DNA of 64,000 nucleotides from Amphiscolops sp. MND2022 (Eukaryota): NCBI GenBank assembly GCA_964187785.1, contig OZ076409.1, positions 85,810,001 to 85,874,000 of the forward strand, read 5' to 3'. Shown piece by piece: positions 50,164 to 62,615 of this stretch (position 1 is its first letter; each line of letters starts with the position of its first letter). The notes under the pieces were generated by a model. It saw only the letters and a program-made list of their open reading frames with translations, ran no database searches and was not told where the DNA came from. The position numbers and the translations under genes were made by a program.

Positions 50164-53100
50164 TGTAGGATTTTTTACTTTTCGTTCATGATTATGGTGT
50201 TTATTAACTTTCATTTAATCAGTAAGGTAGAAAATCCGGTGGTGATATCTATAAAAGTAAAGATTCCAATAGGTACTTCAAGCACCTCGCACTATTTTTT
50301 ATAGTCAATAACATCGTCTTTAGTCCCGCGGACAATCAAAATAACCATTCGTAGCTGCTAGCAAGCGGCCGCGCAATGCTTTGTTGCAGTAAGACGGCCG
50401 CCACCACCTGAACCTATGTAAGAAAATTCTAATCGGAACGAAACTTTAACATTGAATTTCTGGATACCTTTTGCGAATGTAAGAAAAATTAAACCACCAA
50501 AATGTCCCTTTTTGACCTGAATACGTGTTGAGTAAACATCTAGGAACTTTTGAGGAACGAGTTTCAACAGAAATTGCACTTGAAGTCATAATTCACTGTG
50601 ATCAGAAATGTAGTCAAATTGCTTTGTTAATACAAGTATTTGAGGTATGCGAGAGTGAAAATTCGCAGAGTGTGCTATGAGCATATGAATACAACTCACC
50701 AAAGCGTGTCAGAAAGCGAAAGGAATGAAAATTAGAACGCGCTGTGAGTGGCTGTACGCGTAGCTAATAAGAAAACGGCCTCCGCACACTTTGAATTACC
50801 CCCCCCCCTCTTAATAGAAATTAAAAATCAAAACCCGATTTCTCGAATGATGAAAACAGCTAGCAACAAACAGTTTCCAGCATTCGACAGCCCGTCTAGA
50901 GAAAAGCTTAAGTTGAGAATAAGAGCCCTGTGCGACCACGGGAACATATTGGGGGGAAGCTTTGAAAATAAGTGCGTGGAAAATTTTGACGATTTTCCAA
51001 AATTGAGTTTCCTTTAAAAATTTTGTGTGATCGGTACAGTTGTCAGAAAATGTTTGGATATGACTTAAATTGAAGATAATTGAATGTCCTAACTTGTGTT
51101 AAATGGAAAATATATAATTTTTAGTGCTTTCTGAGATTTGACTCAGCAAACGTTAAAAAAGGCCCTAAAATGGCCTAATTAGCCGTTTTAGCGTGTTATC
51201 GCTTAGTACTCAACGTAGAATAGCCGCCCCCTTTGCAACGTTCTTGAGAATTGAAGTGGAGGTGTGAATGAAATAATAAATAAAGTGCTGCTGCGCGCTA
51301 GCGAGAAACCCCCAAGTATTGAAAGTAGAGAATTTTTGTTGTCAGTACTCAAATCGACTTACCAAAATACTAACGTTTCGGGTGATATCGAGCTGAAACC
51401 TTCCGAGTAGATGCACAAGTGTCTTGCGCACAGCGTTTAGCAGGAGCGTTTTTCCAGAAAAATGACCAGATATTGAGATATTGACCTCTAAAGTTGGAGG
51501 TCAGGTCACGAAAATTCCAAAAATGACCCATTTCAGAAAGACGTCACCAAATATTGTTGAAACAAGCTAGAGACCTCATCTAAAATGCAAAATATTCCTA
51601 GTGGCTTGGGCTAACGATGTATATAGGCCCCCTGTATGTTTCAAATTGACTGAGTATGAGCCCTCCAATGTGGTGATTTGCGTGGAAAATTATAAATGAT
51701 TTTCGACTACCAAGTTTTAAGGGTGTTTTTCACCATGAAGGAGTTGAAATAGAAAGTTGACCATGAAACAAGCTTTGGTTGCCCGTGACGAGTACTTTCA
51801 AATGAAAGGTTTGATTCTAGCTCCCCGAGATCAAAACACCTAGTTTTTGCCCTTCAAATTTGTAACACGAAAATCGACTTCTTGGACTAGGAATTGAAAT
51901 CGCCTTTTAGGTCATTGTAAATTGTTGGAAATTATTTCGTTCAGCCATATTTAGCAGAAGAGAGTTGTCTTAGGTAGTGTGGGGAAAACAGGCCTGGCAA
52001 AAAGTGCAAATGTCAATCATTAAGCCCGAAGTTCAAGTCGTGCTTACAAAAGTGGGAAAAATTTAGTCAGTAACACCTCCCCTTAAATCTTATTGAAAAC
52101 GAAGTAAAAATACTAGTCATTATTGACAAGAAGGTGGAACCAGGACTGCGTTGTGCTGAGAAAACGGTTTTCTGATGAACTCTTAGTACCGAAGGAGGAA
52201 AAACTGTAATGCTGAACACTTAGTCAGGCTCCCAAAAAGGAATGATGATGAACTATGAATAATGATATGACTAAACCGTCGAAAAAGTAACTTTGGCCGG
52301 AGTGTGCGCCATTTGAGCGAAACACAAAGTGAGTTGAAATCTAGCGAACGGCTTGCTGCTTTAGTGTCCGATAGCAACCCGCATCAGACGCCGGACTATC
52401 AAAATTGCAGATTTACTTCGATTAGCCGGTTAGCCCGTGCCTTCAGACTAGCAACCTGATGCAGCCTGATATATTGCTACCCCGCTTTTCGCTAGTACGA
52501 ATTTCGACCCGGGAGTACGGTGGACAGCTGGTCTATCGTATTACATGTAAAAGAGCCTAAGTGGGCTGATATTACACGATTTAAGCCTAAGAGGGCTGAT
52601 AACAGACGGTTTAAGCCTAAGTGGGCTGACAATACACGGTTTAAGCCTGAGTGGGCTGATAATACACGGTTGAGCCTAATTGGGCTGATAATACACGGAT
52701 TTGTTTTCACTGCAAGACCGACAGAGATTTTTGCAGCGAGTTGATTCTTCCGATATCTTCGATGTCACCTCCATCCTCACGGATACAAACATAAACCTTG
52801 CTGAAACCCTTGTTTATTGTTCTCTTGTGTAATATGCCTCCTAAAATACTCCGTAAAATTCTCCGCTATTATCGATGTTATCATATTATTCATTCTAATA
52901 TTCGTGGATGTGAAATTGTATTTGTGTCTATTATTCGACTTATCTATTTATTGCGTATTATTTGAATTTAAATCCTGTTTCTTTTCATCAGCGAAAAGAC
53001 ACTTCAAAAACAGCTAAAGAGTGGCGAGACAAACCCTCTGAAAGACGGTATCATAACAAAGTTGCGAAGATCGTGATTTCCTTGTCACACTTAACCCCAC

Positions 53101-53264
53101 CGCCTTCGATTAAGTTGATTCGTCTCTTCTTCGGAGTTAATAAAAATTTATGTAGATACTCAGCCAGTCCTTGTCTCGTGCATGGTACGTATGGGTTTAA
53201 TTGAAATGTAGTGGAGCTATTCTCACAAATAGTATAAGCTACTGGAAATTCCAAAAATCTTACA
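50164..53264 (+). repeat. 3' LTR of Gypsy D (3101 bp), with 5 minisatellite copies at ~52553-52699
   Basis: Homologous to the 5' LTR and followed by TSD ATGTT. Confidence 0.95.
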
Positions 53265-53269
53265 ATGTT

Positions 53270-54475
53270 GATTGTTATCTGTTTTTCGCTCAAGTTTCGT
53301 AGTATCGTTCTTTTTTAAGTCTACGGCATTGTGCCTTGTAGTGGCCGTATATGCCACAGTCAAAACAATGTCCATGTTGTTGCTGGTCCTTTTTTCTCCT
53401 CCGAGGCTGCTGCGGTTGCCGAGTTCAGTGGTATTAGCGTGGTTTCATCGGGCGCGCCAAGCCCATTTAGTCGCAACTCGCGCTCTAGGTGCAAGACGAT
53501 AGTGCTTGTCGTCTAGATACTCTCTGTTGAGAATCTTTTTAACGTGGTCCTGCATTTTGGCGCAGATCGTTTTGTCTAGGAATGTTTGTGCCTCCGGGAC
53601 AAAAGCTTCTATGGCTGTTTTTTGGAGAATGTCGAGTAATTCGTGCAATTCTTGTTTTGTGGGGTCAAAATGCAGAGCGCCCCCAGAAGCAAACGTTCCA
53701 GCCACCTAATACGCTACCATTGCCGAAAGCACTCACTGCTTCGCTACCCGTCTTCGACGATAAGTCTGAAAAGTTTGAATTTTTTGAAGACTTATTTGGG
53801 AACAACATCAAAATGTACTCACTGAGATACAGAAAAGAAACTCTTTTCACTCACGCCTACGAGAAAAGGCGCTCCAAGCGTACTGTAACCTTAAGGACAC
53901 CAAAAAAGACAACCCAAAGAAAATCATAACGGCATTTAAACGTCGCTCTGGAGAGTTCCAATCCTCACGAAAGCTAGATGTGGGTATGTGCGAACAGTAG
54001 TCTTGATGTTGCGGGGCGGTCCTTGGGCTGTTAGCTGTATGAACGGTGTTTTTTCGGCCTATTGGTGGGTTGCTTGTTGGAATCATTAAGGACTCCTGTC
54101 ACAATTTTACAACTGTTTATCGGAGTAGTTTTGACGACAGTTGCATTGGTTTTCACAGGTGTTAACGTTCGAGCGACGATGTTCTCAGTCTCGGATTCAA
54201 AATCCTGAACGTTTTATTGAGTAGATGATTTTTAGATGTCGGTGCTACAAGTTTCATCATTTCCTTTTGATTTTCGGCTAATAATTCAGCTAGGTCAGAC
54301 ATTATCTCTTTTCTCATAGACGCATTTATCTCTTCTAAGTTCTCAGGTTGTATCTTCGGAGAGTTGCTAGGGTCTTCTATTAGGCTTTCAGGTTGATCGT
54401 TTTCTACTGCAGAAGTTTCAAACCCTCCAGAAAGTAGCACGACTACTGCCTTTTTTTCTGACCCCTAGTTGTCAT
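53270..54475 (-). pseudogene. gag: Gag of Gypsy C (N-terminal part; an internal segment ~53690-53985 is inverted)
   Basis: ATG 54475 MTTRGQKK...MRKEIMSDLAELLAENQKEMMKL; FDPTKQELHELLDILQKTA; C..CGIYGHYKAQC knuckle. The plus-strand piece reads LPKALTASLPVFDDKSEKFEFFEDLF. Confidence 0.8.
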
Positions 54476-55642
54476 TTCCTTGATTGAAAATTAGAGCCTT
54501 CGATAAAGATTGAATTCTTCAAAGAAGGGTTTACGTTTGAACAACGGAACAATTGAACACAAAACTGCAATTTGCGAGATTTACTGAATTTACATGTTAG
54601 CTCGAACTATATATTTGTTCCCAGCATCATTTGTTTCTCACCTAAAAATTCCAAGGTATCTTAAAAATCGGGTTTGTTCACAAAAATTCCTAATGATTCA
54701 AATTGTTTCAGTCCCGCATCAAAAAATCAGGTATTGAAATTCCTAGTTGCGTTAATATTCCGTAATCACTGTTGATATCATTTTTATTCAACCAATCTCA
54801 TTTCCTGTTTCAAATCAAAAATGCGGCAAAATCAGAGTCTAGCTGAAATTTTCATCGACGAAAGCGCGATGGCGTGATCAATGAGTCAATTTCCAAGTTG
54901 AGAAATCTACAATTCCATACAAATGTATGACAAGCAAAAATGATGGCCTTGATGGAACGGAATGAATGCCATCAGGTTTCAAAATTGTCTATTTTGCAAC
55001 CGGGGGAACAAATAATGCTAGAATTAACAAGATTACACGGCATAAAACACGAAACATTACAAGACTGTAGCAACCAACAAATTTCATATATTGCCCGATT
55101 AATGTCTGCATATGGAATCAATTCCACGCAAATAAAAGAGGGAATAGCACATCAGCAACAGAAAAACACATTCTGAACATCTTGCATAATCAAGAAGTTG
55201 ACACAGTGTTTGGGGAATCAGGAACAACAGCAACCTTACGTTGCTTTTGGTACGTCTGGTATATGGAGTGGCAAACCCCGTATTTTGTCATTCCCTAAAA
55301 AATAATTTGCAACGTGAGATCACGTAAGTTCCATAATACAAATGTAACACCAGTTTGACATTCATTATTAAAGACAAGGCTTTCTAACCCTTCCTTACAG
55401 TACAGTTTTTCCTGGAATAAGACTACTCTTGAAAGAAAAACATGGAGCAACAAAACCTTAAAGGATTCTCTTTCGAAAATCCCTTGAGTTGTTAATTCAT
55501 AGTTCCAACTTTATAATTCGCTCCGTAGTTGCTCCGTATGTACTAAGATTAGGCATAGCTGAGCGGTAGCTGACGGAGATAAAGCGGAGCGCGTAGGCGT
55601 TCTTTCGCTTTCTCTGAGTTAGTTGGCGATGTCATGGTGACA
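54106..55642 (-). repeat. Putative 5' LTR of Gypsy C
   Basis: Minus strand starts TGTCACC at 55642. Its 3' part encodes the Gag N-terminus homologous to 24250-24654 and 58930-59267. Ends in a degenerate GTTGTAAAA followed by PBS-like TTGTGACAGGAG. Confidence 0.5.
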
Positions 55643-58125
55643 CTCTTATTAAATCAAGCTTGCGTCCTATTGGAATGAGCTTAAATAACTCGGGTAAAGA
55701 ACAACGCTATTGGTCCGTATAAATTGAAACACCAGTTACTAACTGAACGGAGTGACTTGTTTGAATTACTTGGCTGTACATTTAGTGAATTCTAACAACC
55801 AACTTAACTTTTTGGAAATCGATTCACTACATTTTCTTGTATGTTTTTTCATTCCAGATTATATGGATCGCTTTGTAATTACGGAGTTAATGTTTGCTCC
55901 TGATGCTCATTTCAGTGTGGAAAAAGTACTAAAGTCCTGTAACATAATTTGTCTCTATTTTGCTGTTTAGATCTGCATGTGATTTTCAGAAGAAGAGACC
56001 GGAAGTAAAATAATCACGTGTAAAAGTTAGACCGGAAGTTTTAGCTAGATTCAAAATCATTTCCTAAATTGCTCCGTAACTCTTACGTTGATTTTGTTTT
56101 TCGAGAAAATTACCTGCAAATAGTTTGCCTGTACTCTAAGTAGGATTTAACTAAACGTTTTAATACTTGCTGTAGCCTCTTCCGTGTCCTCTCCCGAAAC
56201 CTTGTACGCAAGAGCAACACGAGAAACTGCGGACCGAGACCTGCTAATTTAATGCAAAAATGTCAGTCGCGTAATAAACTGCGAATTAGCGTTATTTCAG
56301 CTTGCTATTTGAGTAGCCGTGATCATAACAGATGGGTAGTTGAGAAAACAAAGTGTAAATAGAAAATGATCGTTTCGCAAACGAAGTGGATTTTTTCCAA
56401 ATTTAATTGCAGCAGTGGAAAATGCAGTGTAATTGTACATGATTTACCACCCGAATCTTACTGAATTTTCTAGGTTCTTCAAAACATCACCCTGCATGCA
56501 GGCCTGCAGCATGTAAAAAGTTCCTGCAGTTTCATCTAGGGTCTTAGCTTAAATTTCCTTTGGTTCATTTTTCGAAGGCTATGCGATAATTTTTGGTACC
56601 GATCCTCTTCTTGCGTCTAGCATCATGTGAATCATTAAATGGCTGTCAGGGGATATGGAGCGCTGTGGCTGAATTGAAATATCAGTCATTAAACAACGCT
56701 GAATAGGACGTTTGAATTTGGTCAAACAACAAAGATAATGTTTATTGATTGCCATTAAAATGTACCCTTCAGAAAAGTTATTTTAAAAGTCGCATGAGGT
56801 ATCTCGAATCGATTGCTTCACTTTCCAGTTGAAAAAAGTTGCAGAAGCAATAGAATTCACAAAGTGTTGCCATTTTTTCATTTTTAGTAGGCGCTTTTTG
56901 TAACAAGAAAGTTTTTTTTTAAAACACTGAATGATGAATTTTTACAAACTTTAGGCTTGATTTCTAGAGGATTGTCAGAGATGCTGGAAGGTACTCATCT
57001 GAGTTTTTCAGAAAGAGTTCCGTATCCTCGAAACTGTTTGGATCCCTTAAGGTTCTTCGGCATTGTACGATTACTTTCGAAACTTTTCATTTTCCACCGG
57101 AGGTGCCCCGCTTTATTTTTTAAATGTTTTCAGTTGGGACATTGCAGTTTAAGAGCGACGAGGTTCCTCTTCGTGTTTTCGGCACTGTGCCACGTTTTTC
57201 AGAAAAATTCCCTAATTTCAATTTTTTGACAATTTTTGTTGGAGAGAAGCGTTTACCGAGCACGAAAGACTACCTTTGGATACTTTCGGCACTCTTGTAT
57301 TTGTGCCATTTTATCTTAGAAAAGCCCTGGAGATTTTAAAACTTGGGAAATTTTAGCCTCAAGTGGGGCGCGGACTTATTCAGAAGTGAGTCCAATCAAC
57401 CATGTATTCAGATATTCGACGTCAATCAAACAACTATGAATTTAGTTTTGATGTACTTATTTTCCATAATTTTATGAAGAATGTTTTCAGGTTGCCTCCA
57501 CCATTTACTGTGACAAAATGTACAATGAGATTTTATTGCGTTATGTGATGTGTATGTGATATAGTAGATTTTTAATAATAAAGTTTATTATTAATAAAGA
57601 GCCTCCACCGTGTACATGAAGTTTCGACAATGTAATCAGTCATCAGTCATGCTCTCTGTCGGGACCACCATCATCACTGAACCCGCTGTCATTAACATTC
57701 AAAACCTGAAAAAAACGTCAATGACCGTATTATCAGTTCGAGCTTCTTTCGTGAGATTGGAACATCTAATGCAAAATGCGGAATGGACCCGAAATATTAG
57801 TACCCTGAAAAGTCGAAACAATGTTTTCGAATGATTATATTTAATATTTAAGGAAGACATAGAAAAAAGCCAAGATAGAAAGTCATAGCTGGCCAATTCT
57901 TTCCCGACGGTTTCTGTGCATGGTCATTGATTTTCGCAATACTGCCTCGGAAAGGTAGAAAAATCTTTAACTTTTGGAAATATGAAGTCGTAGAAAAGTA
58001 TATGTCAAGTCATGTATCAAAATTATGATTCAGCCTGTGCTACTAGTAAAACGAGCTACCTCATGAGAAATCAAAATTGATGCAATTTTTCAAAAAAAGT
58101 TCAAATTTTTGTTGCGATCGAAAAT

Positions 58126-58364
58126 CTACATACACTTGTTGCATGATTTGGGACATGCAATTTGGTAGAACGCGTCGTCACAAGAGGGAGTTGGAGGGAG
58201 GGTGTTCTTGTTGCCCAGGGCGTCCAAAGCACCTGAATCTGCCAATGTTTTGTAATCTAGAATGAACTTCTTATCAGTGAGAGCAGGACAGAATCGGTGG
58301 TAGTCATCGCAGTTATGATCACATGGCAAAGCTGAATCAAGCAAATTTTGAAACTTTAGGGTCT
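58126..58364 (-). CDS. Host gene terminal exon with ShKT-like Cys-rich domain
   Basis: Acceptor CTTTTTAG|AG. Reads ETLKFQNLLDSALPCDHNCDDYHRFCP...SCDDAFYQIACPKSCNKCM-stop, in phase with the upstream exon. Confidence 0.65.
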
Positions 58365-58665
58365 CTAAAAAGAGTTTTCAATACTTCATCGGAACTTTGA
58401 AAAAAAAACACGAAAAACAAACTATGTTTATTATGAATTACTTGTAAACCAACATTGAAAACGATAGAGCATCGTTGAAACTCAATACAAAGTCTAGAAA
58501 AGGAATCTGTACGTAATGGAATCTAATGTTTTTTTTCAAACTCTGGTTCAAATTATTCCATTATTCAACTTAGCTAAGCAAAACTCTATTTGAGGGTATT
58601 TATTTTGGGCATTTTCCATCAAATGTGTGACATGAAGAGAAAGATACAGAATTTAGTGTCCTTAC

Positions 58666-58863
58666 CGTTGCCAATAATCTCAACTTCACAGAACTGAAGA
58701 CAAGTATTTTTCTGTGACAGTCTCAGCACATTCCCTCGGAGAGGGCCGTTTTCGCAATAGATTGTAGCCCATTGTCCTTTGCCAGTTGCTGGTGCATGAC
58801 CGCAGAGTCTACAAATTCCGCCGTTGTTACAGATTTCGATTTTGGTTTTTGTCAATCGAGATT
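58666..58863 (-). CDS. Host gene exon, C-terminal half of a fucolectin/FTP (F5/8C-like) domain
   Basis: TTATTTCAG|...AACG|GTAAGG, phase 1-1. Reads SRLTKTKIEIC...C...IYC...RGNVLRL...LQFCEVEIIG, matching the FTP pattern ERL...C...C...G+.V.I...L.LCEVEV.G. Confidence 0.7.
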
Positions 58864-58929
58864 CTGAAATAACCTAAACCTTGGAAAATTTTGTTCATTC
58901 AAAATATCTAAATTTTTGAGGACGCAAAT

Positions 58930-61238
58930 TGTTACTACACGGGTCGTTATTTTGGGTAGAGTTTATTTTAGTTTGTTAGCTTGTTTTAGTTTGTTTTAGC
59001 TTTAAGCAGTTTCAGTATTTCCCTTTGGGAATCTGCAAAAAGATTCTTGAGCTCAGACCTTATTTCATCCTTCAAAGAAGTTTTCAAACTCTCCAAGACG
59101 CTACTTTAGAGTCAGGGGGATTTTTCCCTCGAAGGTCCCGGAGAACCGACGTCCTAGTCAACGGAGTTGTTGTTTTCTGTTACAACTGGTGAAACTAAAT
59201 ACTCACTAACACTCTCAGAGCTCTCCTGTTGAGTGATCTTCGTTTTCTGACTTCTCGTTGTAGACATCTTTGTATAATTCTCAGTTTCAAGCTTTATTGA
59301 TCGCTGATAATTTATTGAAGTTGGGAATAGAGTTTAGATGCAAAGAAAATACAAAGCAGCTGAATTTCACAAGTGAAAAAGTCTGAGTCCGTTAATCAAC
59401 AAAATGCATCATATTTATACCCTCCTAGCATCATTTGATCACGACTATGTTTCTAATTTTCCTCGAACAATTAGTCACTTCCTGTTTTTTCAGTAAAAAA
59501 ATCATTATAATCCCAAATTTGCGTCGACATTTCGTCAAATTTCAAGACACGGTAACAAGTTTTGGTATTAGTCATTTATCACGAGTATATTATTTCATCT
59601 CGGCGTCCTTTTTGTTTCCTCCCAAGCAGGAAGTAGATACAACTTCAGTCTGTCAAACCGGAAATATTTCCCCGTTTTACTGCTTTGGTTCGCGGGAAAT
59701 TTGACGCGGAGATGACGCTGACGCGAACAACTAATACCTGATTTTAATTTCAACTTGATCAAAATATGATGACTAATTTTTGAATTATGGTTATTTGAAT
59801 GATGCTAGGGAGATATTTAAACAACTGGAAACGATGAACATTTGATTAAAACCAAGGTTTAACATTTATGAACTTTAACACATAAATTAACAGCACACCA
59901 CAATTCTAGCTTGACGCGACAATTGCGACAAGTTTCCAAAATTAACAAAGTGCTTCATTACCATCAACAATCGTTTGGTAATTATAAAATAGTGAATACA
60001 AGAATTAGCAACGATAAACTTTCGTGCAAAACCATGATCACAGGTACAGTCATGGGATAAATGTTTGGGGTATTAAGTATGAAAGTACAAATTACAAAAA
60101 TACATTTCTGGTTCAAAATGTGCTCGATCCGTTTCATTTATGGATATAAACTGTGACTAACATCTATACGTTCACGAAAACTTCGTTTCGGTTAGTTTCT
60201 AAGGCAACTTTAAATTAATGGCAAATTGTCTGACGAAAGTTTGACGCATGTCTTAGATACTATTTTCTTTCTTCTAGTCAGGTTGATTGAGCCTCTAACA
60301 TACTCTTTAAACCAGGCTCACCAGCACAATATTTATTTCAACGTTTTAGAGGGGTTAGAGTAGCTATTTTGGTGGGTTTACGGCGTAGTATTGACGAGTT
60401 TTCTCAACTAGTTCGACAGATTTACTTGATTTATCTGATTTCATAAACTTGTCAATGTCATGTTGACGAGTTTTATTGGCAGAACTGAGATTTGGACTAG
60501 TTTGACGCAGTGCTGACGAGTATTTTCGAAGTGAGTTTCTAGCTAGCTACCAGCGCCGTGACGTCATACTGGCGGAAATTTGGAATGATTTCTAATAAAG
60601 CCATTAATACAGGCGGATAATCGTAATGATTTTGGTATTCATAGACGGAGCAGTAACGTCACTTGGTATATCTTCAAAGCTTGTCTACGTCCTATTGACG
60701 ACAAATGTACATGTATGCTTATTCTCACCGCTGCTTTGTTTACTTAGCGCAGTATTGTCGTCTAAATCACACTAATTGCTGTTCAAAGTGCCAAAGTGCA
60801 ATTAAGTCTCCTTTTCTCAGAAGAGGAGTAATAATCTCAGTCTGTCATCTCTATGTGTTTTCTGTTTTCGATCTGATTGATGTCTCTCTTAGGGATGATT
60901 TTGGATGTGTTTTAATTTAGATTAGTTCATGATTTCCCATTCTAAGACGTAATCATAGTTTAATTTTCAGGTACCATATGTTTTATTTTAACGTGACAAA
61001 AACGTCTTGCCGGATATGCGCGAAATCATTTTTGGCTTAATTCATATCCTATTTTCATTTCCATTTGAAATTTGTGTAAAGTAGTTGTGTATTTTGTTTT
61101 TCTAGTCACAGTTTATTTTAAGTTAGTTTTAAAATTACCAGTTGAAACACGACTTTGGAAATCTCAAATCACCTCCATGACCTCTTCCGGTTCTCAGTCA
61201 TTGACAACCACACGCCAGCCCGGGAGCGGGCTGTGACA
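58930..61238 (-). mobile_element. Solo LTR (2309 bp) with 5-bp TSD CAAAT
   Basis: Minus strand TGTCACAGCCCGC...GTAGTAACA. CAAAT at 58925-58929 and 61239-61243. Homologous to 21971-24654. Confidence 0.92.
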
Positions 61239-62615
61239 CAAATTTTTTGTGGTTGTGATTCTACACTGTTTCTACTCTGAAATCTTTATTAATTTTTGTA
61301 GGTTGTCAAGTTAATTTTTCATCATTCTATATTTTGTCAAGGAAACTCCCATCCAATGCAATCTACTTAATTCAATTTAATTTTATCAAGCGGCCTATAA
61401 GATGGCATCGTAAATTTGGCGGCAATTCCGAGCTGCGACGTTTGACGTTTTGTAGGTTTCATTAGGAAGCAGTTCTAATAATGAAAGTAGCTGAGACCTC
61501 ATCAATTTTACCGCAATTTCAATGCGAATAAGCCTGTCACATTATGAGTTTCAACGTAGTGTCATATTCAGCGTGCAATTTGACTAACGGTGATTACATA
61601 AGTTACTTACCTGAGAATCGTAAGCGTGAAAACAGAGTGATCGCGACGGTCAGGAAGGGGAAATGTTTTCAGTTTTAATTGAAACAGTGGAAGCTGCATT
61701 GTAATCCTACAAAATTTCTGCAAGCAGGCTCTCGGAATTTTGCATGTTTTGGCAAAACTTAGCCTGCATGATTCTCTGCGGCATGTAAAAAGTTGAAGCA
61801 ATCTAGACTAGGGTAATCGAGAGTCGAATGGAATACCAGACAAAAGCGCAACAATCAAAAGCGCCCCCGTCAAGTAAGTCTGAAGTTTTAATTACCGTAC
61901 TTTTGCTGATACTACTGTTCATGCCGTTCAGTCTAAACTTTCAAACTTTCCGTTAACTTCTTTCACCCTTTGATTTTGTTCACTCTTTCTCAATTCTACG
62001 TTACAAAAAAGTCACGTTTTACTGAATCATTTTTGGTGGCCAACGTTAACAATTCTCATTTGAAAGAAAAACGAATCGATGCTTTTTGGAAAATAAGCTT
62101 GCGAATTACCTCAAAACAAGCTTATTTAAAAAAACTGCTGAAGTTCTAAAATTCTTAAGCTCTCGGAAAATAAACAAAAAAGTACATCTTTTCCTTCCTT
62201 CCTACTCGAACATTCAAAGTTCAAAGCAAAGTGATAACTTGAAACAGTAAAACGCCAAGAATTGAAAATCAAGAATTCCGTTCATCAAAGTATTTCCTAT
62301 TCCCCGAAAAGATTACAGTTCAAAGATTTTTCTCGTGACGAACAACCTCGACCTGAAAACTTTTAAAGTATCCAAAGATTCCACAAGTACCAATTGAAAG
62401 ATTTTCCGAAGTTTCGGCCTATTCAAAGATTGAAAAGACCTATTCAAAGATTATCACAGAAAGATCCACAGCAATTCAAAAAGTAATAAAAAGATATCCA
62501 AAGTATTTCAAAGTTTTCAACGCCTTTCCTACGAGAAAAATCCCAATTCATCCAATACAAAAAAAACTAAAGTAAAGAAAAAAAGAATCCGAAGAAAACT
62601 CCAACCTGCTAGAAT

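Larger units (their letters stand above)
36424..53264 (+). mobile_element. Gypsy D with two LTRs and 5-bp TSD ATGTT; interrupted by a LINE; integrase core deleted
   Basis: LTRs TGTAGGATTTTT...AAAAATCTTACA at 36424-38696 and 50164-53264. ATGTT at 36419-36423 and 53265-53269. PBS, PPT and gag-pol remnants present. Confidence 0.95.

Noticed and set aside
61607..61801. Upstream exon of the fucolectin-like host gene (GTAAGT donor at ~61610, minus strand)
   Set aside because: The translation shows no FTP N-terminal motifs, and the region probably belongs to the BEL LTR.
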